NCBI RefSeq assembly: GCF_018350175.1
Contig: NC_058368.1
Coordinates: 84,942,001 to 85,006,000, forward strand
Direction of reading: 5' to 3'
Origin: Felis catus
Lineage: Eukaryota
Length of the DNA stretch: 64,000 nt
The notes below the pieces were generated by a model. That model was not told the DNA's origin and searched no databases. It worked only from the letters and a program-made list of their open reading frames with translations. Both the position numbers and the translations under genes were made by a program. Of the stretch, positions 38,849-50,055 are shown one piece after another; position 1 is the first letter of the stretch, and every line of letters begins with the position of its first letter.

Positions 38849-40372
38849 TTTGGCTCTGCAGAAGCACAGAGTTGGGTGTTTGTGCGGAGCGAGCAAGTTC
38901 CCTGGCAGGAACTGGTTCTCTTTGGGATTTTGGCTGGGGGCTGGGCGGGGGAGATGGCGCTGGCGAGTGCCTTTGTTCCCCACCAAACTGAGCTCTGTTG
39001 TCAGGGGGCTCAGCAGCTCTCCCTCCCTTTGTCCTCCAGCCTTCCTGCTTTCCGAGCAGAGCTGTTAACTTATGACCTCCCAGAAGCTAAGTCGCGCTTG
39101 TTGTGGGAACACAGTCCGTCAGGCCCCTCTGCTTTTGCAAGCCAGACTCGGGGGCTCTGCTTGGTCGGTGAGCCGCCCCTCTGCCCCGGCTCCCTCCCGC
39201 CAGTCAGTGGAGCGAGCACCCCCTGCCGCCCTTCCTACCCTCTTCCGTGGGCCTCTTGTCTGCGTTTGGCTCGGCGACTCCGTTCTGCTAATCCTCTGGC
39301 GGTTTTCTGGGTTATTTAGGCAGGTGTAGATGGAATCTAAGTGATCAGCAGGAAGTGCGGTGAGCCCAGCATCCTCCTAAGCCGCCATCTTGCAAACCTT
39401 GGGACTTAACCACGTTTTTTAACATTAAATTTTAAGATATGTATTTACATGCAGTTATGAAAAATAACACAGAATGATCCCATTTATGCTTCACACACTT
39501 TACCCCAATTACAGTCAGGAATTGATGTGATCCACTGACTTTATTCACATTTCACCAGTTTTATATCCATTCATTTCTATGTTTGTACATTATATGCAAT
39601 TTTCCCCATGTGTAAATTTGTGTGACCACCAACATAGGCAAGATGCAAAATAATTCCAGAACAGGAATCCCTCATGCTACTTTTTTTAAATAGTAACAGC
39701 TACCTCATTCTCTCCTCTTCTGTAGCCCCTGACCCACTAATCTGTTTTCCATCTCTGTAGTTTTGTTTTTTTCAGTAACGTTGTATGCATTGGGTAATAT
39801 ATTGTGTGACTGTATGATATTTGCTTTTTTTCCCCATCTAGTATTATTCCTTTGAGATCTATTCAAGTTGTACATTATATAAGTCACTAATTTACTTTAA
39901 TTGCTAAGTAGTAATCCATGCTATGGATGTATCACAGTTTAACTATTCACCTGTTGAAGAAAATTTAGGTTAGTTTTGGCCATTAGAATTAAAGCTGCTG
40001 TGAGTACTTATGGGTTTTCTTGTGTAAACATAAGTCTTTATTGTCTAAGATACATACTCAAAAGTGCAATTGAAGGATGATAATTCCAGAATGGCTATGC
40101 CATTTTATATTCCTCAAACAAATGTGTGAGATATCTGAATTTTCTACCATCTTTCCATCATTTGTTGTCACTACTAATTCTTTTAGTTCTTCTTGTAGGT
40201 GTGAAGTATATCTTGTGGTTTTAATTTACATTTGTATAATGGCTAATGGTGTTGCACATTTTTTCATGTGTTTGTTTGCATCTATGAATCTTCTTTAGTA
40301 AAATGCCTGTTCATGTCTTTTGTTTGGTTTCTAATTAGATTATTACTATTGAATTAAAAATCTGTTATATAT

Positions 40373-40565
40373 TGGTCTCCTGGGTAGCTCAGTAAGTTAA
40401 GGGTTTGACTTTTGATTTCAGCTCAGGTCATGATTTCATGGTCATGAGATAAAGCCTGACATGGGGCTCCCCATTTGGCATGGAATCTGCTTAAGATTCA
40501 TTCTCTCCCTCTCCTTCTGCCCCTTCCCTAATAGCACCTTCTTTCTCTCTTTAAGAAAAAAAAAA
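40373..40565 (+). mobile_element. Older carnivore SINE
   Basis: cctgggtagctcagtaagttaag...gatttcagctcaggtcatg; A tail. Confidence 0.85.
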
Positions 40566-41497
40566 GTCTTATATATATTTTGCTATAGTCCTTTGTCAGA
40601 TGTGTAGTTTACACATATTTCCTCCAAGTCCATAACTGTCTTTTCACCCTCATAAAAGGGTCTCTTTCATTGTAATAAGAACACATAACATAAGATTTAC
40701 ACTGTCAACAAATTTCTAAGTGCAAAATACAACATTGTTAACTTCAGGCATACTGTAGTACAGCAAAGGTCTAGTTCATCTTGTATAATTGAAACTTTAT
40801 ATCTGTTGAAGAGCCATCATGTTCCCTTCCTCCAGCCACTGACAACCACAATTCTGCTATCTGTTATATGGGTTAGACAATTTTAGATACTGCATATAAT
40901 TGGAATTATACAGTATTTGTTCTTTTGTCAATGAATTATTTCATTTTGCATATGTTCTCCAGGTTCATACATATTGTCACATACAAAAGAATTTCCTTAT
41001 TATTTTCTTTTTCAATTTGTCTGTTGATATATATTTAGGTTGTTTTTACTTCTTAGCTACCATGAATAATGCCACCTTCCACAATTATGAAAGTGCATAT
41101 TTTTCTACAAGATCCTGATGTCAAGTTACTTTGGATAAATACACAGAAGTAGGATTGCTAATCATATGGGAGTTTTATTTTTAATATTTTGAGAAATTTC
41201 CATAGTGTTTTACATGGAAGCTGTGTCATTTTGTATTCCAATCAACAGTATACAGTGGTTTCAATTTATCCAAATTCTTACCAAGATTTGTTATTTTCTG
41301 TTGTTGTTATTGTTATTGTTGTTGTTGTTGTTGTTATTTTGGAAACTGGCCACCATAACAGGGATGAGGTAATATTTCTTGGTTTTTATTTGCATTTCCC
41401 TTATGATGAGCATCAGGGAAGGACATTGAATACCTCTTCATATAAATGTTGCTATGTCCTCATAGAGAAATGTTTATTAAATTCCTTGCCCACTTTT

Positions 41498-41710
41498 GGG
41501 GCACGTGGGTGGCTGAGTGGTTAAGTGTCTGACTTCAGCTCAAGTCATGATCTCTTGGTTCATGAGTTTGAGACCCACATCAGGCTCTGTGCTGACAGCT
41601 CAGAGACTGAAGCTTGCTTTGGATCCTGTGTCTCCCTCTCTCTCTTGCCCCTCCCCTGCTCATACTCTGTCTCTCTCAAAAAATAAATAAACATTAAAAA
41701 CATAATTAAA
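41498..41710 (+). mobile_element. Carnivore SINE
   Basis: ggggcacgtgggtggctgag head; TSD-like ccttgcccacttttg / ccttgcccatttttg. Confidence 0.9.
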
Positions 41711-42084
41711 AAAACCCTTGCCCATTTTTGAGTATTTTATGTTTTCTTTTCTCTTTCTTTCTTTCTTTCTTTCTTTCTTTTGTTCTCTTTCTTTCTTTTT
41801 CTTTCTTTCTCTTTGTTTTTTTGAAGGAGTGTTTTTTTAAATATATATTTGTAATTTGTTTCATCAGACATATTGAAAGAATATTTTCTCCCATTCTGTA
41901 GCTTGCCCTGTACTTTGCTGATTATTTTCTTTTGGTGCAGACGCTCTTATTTGATGTGATCTTACTCATCTTTTTTTTTTTTCTTTTGTTGTCATATACA
42001 AGGAATAATTCCCAAGATAAGTGTTATGAAGATTCCTCCTATGTTTTCTTCCAGGGGTTTGACAGTTTTAGGTCTCACAATTTT

Positions 42085-42539
42085 TCTCCTTTTTATTAAA
42101 TTTAAACTTTAATTAACTTATGGTGAAATACTGGTTTCAGGCATAGAATTTCAGTGATTTACCACTTACATTCAACACCCAGTTCTCATCCCAAGTGTCC
42201 TCCTTTGTACCCATAACTCATCTAGCCCATGCCCTACTCACCTCCCTCCATCAACCCTCATTATGGTCTCTATCATTAACAGCCTCTTGTAGTTTGTTTC
42301 CCTCTCTTCTCTCCCCCCATCTTCCCATACATTTATTTGTTTTGTTTCTTAAAGTCCGCATATGAGTAAAATCATATGGTATTTTTTTAATCTGATCAAC
42401 TTAGTTCACTTAGTATAATACATTCTAGCTCCATCTATGTCATTGTAAATGGCAAATTTTCATTTTTTATGGTAGAGTAATATTCCATTACATTTAAATG
42501 TATATATTTACACACACACACACACATCACACACACATG

Positions 42540-42584
<45 letters not shown>

Positions 42585-45500
42585 GTTTCTTGATTGCTTT
42601 TTCTGTCTAGATGATCTGCCCATTGCTGTATTATATCATAATTATGGGGTATATCCATAAAGAAGAGCTAACAATTATAAATGTTTATGCACCTAATTTG
42701 GGAGAACTCAAATATATAAAACAATTAATCACAAAAATAAACAATCTTATTGGTAAGAATGTGGTAATTGCAGGGGACTTTAAAACTCCACTTACAGCAA
42801 TAGACAGATCATCTAGACAGAAAATCAATCAAGAAACAATGACCCTGAATGATACACTGAACCAAATAGACCTGACATATATATTAACTTTTCATCTTAA
42901 AGCAGAAGAATACACATTATTCTTGAGTGCACATGGAGCATTCTCCAAGATAGATCACATACTGGGTCACAAAACAGCCCTCAATAAATATAAAAGAATT
43001 GAGATCATACCATGCACATTTTCAGATCCCAATGCTATGAAATTTGAAAACACCACAGAAAATTTTACAAAACTCCAAATGTATAGAGGTTAAAGGACAT
43101 CCAACTAAAGAATGAATGGGTCAACCAGGCAATTAAAGAAGAAATTTTAAAAACATATGGAAACAAATGAAAACAAAAGCACAACAGTCCAAACCCTTTC
43201 AGAGGCAGCAAAGGCAGTGATAAGAGAAAAGTACATTGCAATCCAGGTGTATCTCAAGAAACAAGAAAAATCTCAAATACAAAAGCTAACAGCACCCTTA
43301 AAGGAACTAAAAGCGGATTAATAAAGAAACCCCAAGGCCAACAGAAGAGAAATAATAACAATCACAGCAGAAATAATATAGAATCCAAACAAAAAGAACA
43401 GATCAATGAGATGAAGAGCTGTTTTTTTTTGTTGCAAAAATAAACAAAATTGATAAACCCCTAGCCAGACTTCTAAAAAAGAGAGACATCCCATAGATAA
43501 AATCACTGATGAAAATGGATTTATCACAACCAATCCTACAGATAACACAATGACTCTAAACTCGTATCTTTCAATAATAGCACTGAATGTAAATGGACGG
43601 TATGCTTCAATCAAAATACATAGGGTAACAGAATGAATAATAATAAAAAAAATAAGACCCATGTATTTGCTATCTACAAGAGACCCATTTTAGACATGAG
43701 GACACCTTCAGATTGAAAATGAGGGGAAGGAGAACCATATATCATGCTATTGAAAGTCAAAAGAAAGCTTGAGTAGCCATATTTGTATCAGACAAACTAG
43801 ATTTTAAAGGTTGTAACAGGAGATGAAGAAGAGAATTATATCATAATTACGGGGTCTATCCATCAAGAAAAGCTAACAATTATAAATGTTTGTGGACCTA
43901 ATTTGGGAGAACCCAAATATATAAAACGATTCATCACAAAAATAAGCAATCTTATTGATAAGAATGTGGTAATTACAGAGGACTTTAATGATATATTATC
44001 TGTATCTGTTTTGATAAATTCTTTAGCTGTCATTTCTTCCTGGAATTTCTCTTTAGGAAAATTCTTCCTTTTAATAATTTTGGCTAGTCTTCTGTCCCTT
44101 ATGTGTTTTAAAAGCTTGTTATGTGCTTTGCACCTGCAAGCACTACTATATTAAAGAGGGGCCATACACTGTCCAGGGACTGGCCCTACAGGAGGTGATT
44201 TTGGAGAGTGTTACTTGATCTCTGTTGTTTTGACTTTGATTACTTTATCTCCCTACTCATAGTGATGTTTTGGTCCCTCCACCAGATGTGCTTTGATTTG
44301 TTCATTGAAGTAGCCCTGGATAGGAAAACAAACAAACAAAAAACAGAAAATAAAAAAGCAAACACAAACACACACACATAAACAAACATTAAAAAAAAAA
44401 ACAAAACAGAAACACCAGCTATAAGCAAACAACATTGATGATGCAGTGCTGATGGAAGAGGCCGTATCCTATACAAAGAGAGAAATGACAGGGGCAGGGG
44501 AAAATAAAATGAAATAAAAATTGACCAGACGGAGAAACTATACGGCTTATTCCAGAGAAAGAGAAAGAAGAATGAAGAAGGAGGTGTAGAACATGTATCA
44601 AGAGAATGGATTAAATATGTCTGTTTAAACAAACCAACAATCAGAGTAACCAGACAAGAGGAGGGAAGAGATAAGGAGAAAAGTAAGGAAGAATGTATCT
44701 ATACAATAAGAATTGTCCAAGAATTAAATCAGGCAATGTAACAGTGCTGGTCTGGAGGAGGGGCTAATTTCTCAGCGTCAATCCTGCTCTTGAAGATATG
44801 CAGTTACCAAGTGTGGAGGGGCATGGTTTGGTGTAGGTGGGTACTGCCTCCACTGTGGGCACTTTGTCCATTCCCTGATGCCCCACTTTTTTGGTGATGG
44901 GGAGAAAAATGGTGACAACCCTGTCTCTTCTCCATAGACCAGGTGTCCTAAACCACTCTGTTCAAGCTGTCCTCACTGTGCCATGGGTGTAAATGAGGCA
45001 ATTTGCCCCCCTATTCTGACTCCCATGCCTCCCTGGTGCTTGGCTTGGATTTAAACCCTGATGTCTTAGAGATTCCCACTCCGTGCATCCTGGTTCTGAG
45101 TAAGAGATGCCCCACAGCCTCACAGTGCAGAGAATGTGTGGCTTATCACACTCTGCTGACTCCCATGTGTTGCTGGCGCTCTGCTGGGACTTCAACTCTG
45201 ATGTCTTTAAGGTTACCACTCTGCCCCGGTTCAGGAAGTTCCACTCCTTTGAGCTGATATATACCTTCTTCCCACAACACTCTAGGGAGGGGATCCCTTT
45301 CTCCTACTGTGGACTGCACCTCTGAGCTAGTTACTGAGCCTGGGGCTGGCTCCCCACCTCTCCAGGTATGTGAACAGGGCAGCCAGGCTGAGTCCAGAGA
45401 AAGCACTGCAGTTAGAGATTGGATTTTTCTCCTTATTGGTTGCTGGTTTTTCTCTTGTCCAGATACAGTCCTATATTCCCCAGCCTCTCTTTCTCTTCCC

Positions 45501-45732
45501 TTTGTCTCTCTGTAGAAGGGGTCCCTCCCCTCCATTTGTTTGATCTCTCTCAGTTCACAATCACCCACCCGTAGGTGGCCTGTCAAGTTGTCCCAGTGGG
45601 TCCCTGGAAGTGACTCTGTCACTTTGCTTCCTGGACTCTTACAGTTCAAACTCCTTTGGTCTCAACACTACTTTGTTTGAGAGATGAGGGAACATTGGAT
45701 TCTCCTACTTCGCCATCATGTTGGCCCCTCCT
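42085..45732 (-). mobile_element. Complex rearranged LINE-1: 5'UTR+ORF1 start (-), two inverted ORF2 pieces (+), short ORF2 piece (-), 3' end (-)
   Basis: 5'UTR 45732-~44075 homologous to 16106-17854; plus-strand ORF2 pieces 42629-43536 and 43537-43990; 3'UTR/tail 42085-42580. Confidence 0.85.
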
Positions 45733-45934
45733 CTTTAATTTCCTTTTTGTGTAACTTGTTAGGTTTAGAAACGCAACTGAGTGTTAAGTTTTGATTTTTC
45801 AATCTGAAAATTTGCTTATTTTTTTTACTCTATTTCATTTTTTAATGTTTTTTAAAGCTTTGCACATATAATATATTGTCAGTTACAACCAGAAATAACT
45901 TCTCTTCTGATTCGAATGGGTATTATTCTGTTTC

Positions 45935-46149
45935 TTTTTTCTTAACGTTTATTTATTTTTGAGACAGAGAGAGACAGAGCATGAACAGGGGAGGGGCAGA
46001 GAGAGAGGGAGACACAGAATCTGAAACAGGCTCCAGCCTCTGAGCTGTCAGCACAGAGCCTGACGCGGGGCTCGAACTCACGGACCATGATGAGATCATG
46101 ACCGGAGCCAAAGTCGGACGCTTAACCGACCAGGCCACCCAGGCGCCCC
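45935..46149 (-). mobile_element. Young felid SINE
   Basis: Near-consensus body; flanks tattattc on both sides. Confidence 0.93.
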
Positions 46150-46249
46150 TATTATTCCATTTATTGACTAATTGCCTGGTCTAAAACTTGCAGACCTATA
46201 TTGAATAGAAGTAGTGAGAGTGAGCATTTTCTTTTCCTAGTTCCTGATC

Positions 46250-46481
46250 TTATTTTATTTATTTTATTTTTATTCATTCATTCATTCATTCATTCATTTT
46301 GAGAGAGACAGACAGAGACAGGGTGTGAGTTGGGGACGGTCAGAGAGAGTGAAAGAGAATCAAGCAGGTTCTATGCCCAGCACAAAGTACCATTCAGGGT
46401 TCAAGGTCACAACTGTGAGATCATGACCTGAGCCAAAATCAAAAGTCAGAAGCTTAACCAACTGAGCCACCCAGGTGCCCC
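46250..46481 (-). mobile_element. Carnivore SINE with (TGAA)n/(TAAAA)n tail
   Basis: SINEC body; outer repeat tagttcctgat at ~46238 and ~46524 also encloses a short SINE-tail-like stub at 46482-46523. Confidence 0.85.
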
Positions 46482-46756
46482 TTTTAAAAAATTATTATTA
46501 TTATTATTATTTGACAGAGAGAGTAGTTCCTGATATTAAAGGAAAAGTTTTTCACCATTAAGTATGATGTTCACTGTGGACTTTTCACATATCACCTATA
46601 TTTTGGTGAGATTTTTTTTTCTATTCCTAAATTGATGAGTTTTTATCATGAAAGGGTATAGAATTTTGTCAAATAATTTTTCTGCATTTATTGAGATGAT
46701 GTAATTATTTTTATTCTTTATTCGTTTAACATATGTTAATTGATTGATTTGGATTC

Positions 46757-46978
46757 TTTTTTTTTAATTTTTTTTAATGTTTATTTATTTTTGAGACTGA
46801 GAGAGACAGAGCATGAATGGGGGAGGGGCAGAGAGAGAGGGAGACACAGAATCAGAAGCAGGCTCCAGGCTCTGAGCCATCAGCCCAGAGCCCGACGCGG
46901 GGCTCAAACCCACGGACCATGAGATCGTGACCTGAGCCGAAGTCGGACACTTAACCGACTGAGCCACCCAGGCGCCCC
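46757..46978 (-). mobile_element. Young felid SINE
   Basis: TSD tgatttggattctt on both sides. Confidence 0.95.
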
Positions 46979-47360
46979 TGATTTGGATTCTTAACTGATG
47001 GAATTAATTGACTTGGATAGGTTGAACCATTCATGCACTGCAGTAGTAAATATCCCAAGTGAGCTGTTCATGGTGTATGTTCCTTTTAACGTACTGTTAC
47101 ATTGAGTTTGCTAGTGTTTTCTTGAGGATTCTTATGTCTATATTAATCAAGAATATTGATCTGTAGTTTTCTTTTGTTGTAGTGTCTTTGTTTGGCTTTT
47201 ATATGTGATTAATGATGAACTTTTAATCTAAATTTGGAAGTGTCCCCTTTATTCTATGTCTTAGAAAACTTTGAGATGGACTACTGTTAATTCTTCTTTA
47301 AATACTTGGGAAAAGTGACCAGTGAAGCCATCTGGTTCTGGGCTTTGTTTTGTTGGGAGA

Positions 47361-47566
47361 TTTTAATGTTTATTTATTTTTGAGACAGAGAGAGACAGAG
47401 CATGAACGGGGGAGGGGCAGAGAGAGAGGGAGACACAGAATCAGAAACAGGCTCCAGGCTCCAAGCCATCAGCCCAGAGCCTGACGCGGGGCTCGAACTC
47501 CTGGACCGCGAGATTGTGACCTGGCTGAAGTCGGACGCTTAACCGACTGCGCCACCCAGGCGCCCC
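47361..47566 (-). mobile_element. Young felid SINE
   Basis: TSD tgttgggagatttt on both sides. Confidence 0.95.
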
Positions 47567-49434
47567 TGTTGGGAGATTTTAAATTGTTGGGTCAATCTTC
47601 TCACTCGTTATTAACCCATGCAAATTTTCCACTTTCTCTTGATTCTTGGTAGATTTCTTATTTCCAGAAATGTATCCATTTCTTTTAAATTACCCTGTAT
47701 GTTGGCTTGTAATCATTTATAGTAATTTCTTAAAATTCTTTGTATCACTGTGGCATCAGTTGTAGTGTCTTTCATTTATAATTTTAATAATTTGAGTCAT
47801 CTTTTTCATACCTAGTTTAATTAAGGGCTTTCCAATTTTGTTTATCTTTTCAAAAAGCCAACTTTTAGTTTCATTAATGTTTTTCTATTGTATTTCAGTT
47901 TTCATTTTTTTCTTTTCTGCTCTAATCTTATTGTCCCCTTCTTTCTATAGTTTTGGCCTTATTTTTTTCTACTTTTCTAAACCTTTCAGCTGTAAGTTTA
48001 GCTTATTTGAAATATTTTTTTTATGTAAGATTAATAAAATTCCATCATTGTACTGCTATTGTTGCATCATGTAACTTTTGGTGTCCCGTGTTTTCCTTGT
48101 TTTTGTTTTTTTGTTGTTGTTATTTACTAACTTCAATTTTGATTTCTTCTTTGACTCACTTGTTCAGAAGTGTGTTATTTTATTTGTATATATATATATA
48201 TATATATTTGTTTGTTTGTTTGTTTGTTTCCTGTCTGTTATTGATATCTAGCGACATCACCGTGTTTGGAAAATATACTTGGTATGATTTCAATATTCTC
48301 ATAGTTTTAAAGAATGTTGTTTTTCTTGTCACTTAAAACATGGTATATCCTTTAAAGTGTTCCATAAACACTTATGAGAAATGTATGTTTTACTGCTTTT
48401 GGGAATAATTACTTTTATACATCTATTAGGCTTATTTTTTTTCCTATAGTATGTTAAAATCTTCTGTTTCCTTACTAATTTTTCTCTTGGTTCTTCTATC
48501 CATTATTAAAAATGAGATACTTAATTTTCCTATTACTTGTTTTGTTATTTATTTCTCCTTCAAGTCAATGTTTACTTATATATTAGATGCTCCTATTTTA
48601 GGTGCAAACATATTTATAATGTTTATATCTTCCTCATGAACTTATTATTATTACATAATGACCTTTTTTCATTTCATGTCAGTTTCTTCAAATAAAGTTT
48701 ATTATGTCTAGTATAAATACACATTCTTGCTCTCCTTTGGTTATCATTTGTACAAATATCTTTTGCCATCACTTTAGTTTCAGCCTATGTGTGTCTTGTA
48801 GACAGCATATCCTATTTTATTTTTTATTTTAATACTTTGAGTCATTCTGCGTTTTCATTGGAGAGTTTAATCTATTTGGTTTAAAATAATCATTAATATC
48901 TATGAAATTGTTATTGTCATTTTTAAGTGTTTTTCATGTGTCTTTTAGATAATTTGTCTCTCTTTTTCTCTCTTGCTGCCTTCTTTTATAATTTGTTGAT
49001 TCTGGGAAATGATGCACTGATTTGTTTTCTTGTTATATTGTGTACATTCTAGAGATACTTTCTTCATGGTTATCATAAAACTTAAGTAAAACTTTATATA
49101 GTTATAACTATCTGTCTTAAGTCGATAGCAACTTACTTTAATTGCAAATGAAAACTATAATTTGACTCATTTCTACACTTTATATTATTGATGTCACAAT
49201 TTACATATTTTTATATTGTGTATCCAATAACATGCTTTCAGTTATTCTTCTTCTTATTACTTTTTTTAATTAAATTTTATAGTAAATTTAAAAATTAATT
49301 TCACACCACTGTTATAGTATTACAGTAGTTTATACTTGTCTATAGATTTATCTTAACCAGTGAATATTAAATTTACATGTATTACTATGGTTTTTAAGCT
49401 TGTTTCTATTTCAAGTTTAAACATTCCTAAGAGA

Positions 49435-50055
49435 GAGATTAGATGGAAGATGACAGATTAGGAGAATACCCACAATGAGGCAACAAATGCACCTATCCAA
49501 TGAACTCTGAAAACAATCTGAAGACTATCAGAATAGATCATCCACAGTTAATTAAATAGAGAAGGCCAGATGGGATTGCCTGGGTGGCTTGGTCAGTTAA
49601 ATGCCCTATTCTTGTTTTTTGGCTCCTGTCATGAACTCACAGTTCATGAGTTTGAGCCCCTCAACAGGCTATGTGCTGACAATGTAGAGCCTACTTGGGA
49701 TTATGTCTCCCTTTTTCTCTGCCACTCTCCCAAATGCTTTCTATCTCTGTCTCTCAAAATAAATAAAACATAAACTTAAAAAAGAGAGAGAGAGAAGGCC
49801 AATTGAAGAGTGTAAAAGAGGAAGAGATGTGGTTGTAAATTAAACTCAAGCCCAACTAACCAAAAACAAAAGGGACATCACAAGCATAGAGATGTGAAAG
49901 AGTAAGACCCACACCTGAAGCCCCTGGAAACTGGGACCTTCACAGGTAAAATTCATTCCCATGATGTTTGGTTTTGAAAATCAAGAAAGCTTAACTCCAA
50001 AAGCTTTAAAATTTGGTGGGTTCTAACTCCAGGAGTTATAAAATTCAGTGATCTT
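49435..50055 (+). mobile_element. Old L1 5'UTR fragment (same type as 12580) with SINE at 49571-49790
   Basis: gaagatgacagattaggagaat...tgaaaacaatctgaagact...tccacag is homologous to 12585-12720; SINE flanked by agagaaggcca. Confidence 0.7.

Larger units (their letters stand above)
33381..39392 (-). mobile_element. Full-length young felid LINE-1 (L1_Fc type), near-intact
   Basis: 5' start caagatggcggc (rc at 39381-39392), CpG-rich 5'UTR, ORF1, ORF2, 3'UTR, A/(AAAT)n tail; TSD cttaac(t/c)acgtttttt at 33371-33386 and 39405-39420. Confidence 0.97.
39425..42080 (-). mobile_element. Two adjacent old L1 3' ends (L1MC-like 39425-~40665; L1MA/MB-like ~40665-42080)
   Basis: Typical old L1 3'UTR motifs (aatctgttttccatctctgtagttttg; aagatttacactgtcaacaaatttctaagtg); nested SINEs. 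Confidence 0.7.
45750..49430 (-). mobile_element. Old LINE-1 ORF2/inter-ORF fragment carrying four SINEs
   Basis: ORF2 reverse motifs (ccagtgaagccatctggttctgggctt; gtgtcttgtagacagcatat). Confidence 0.8.
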
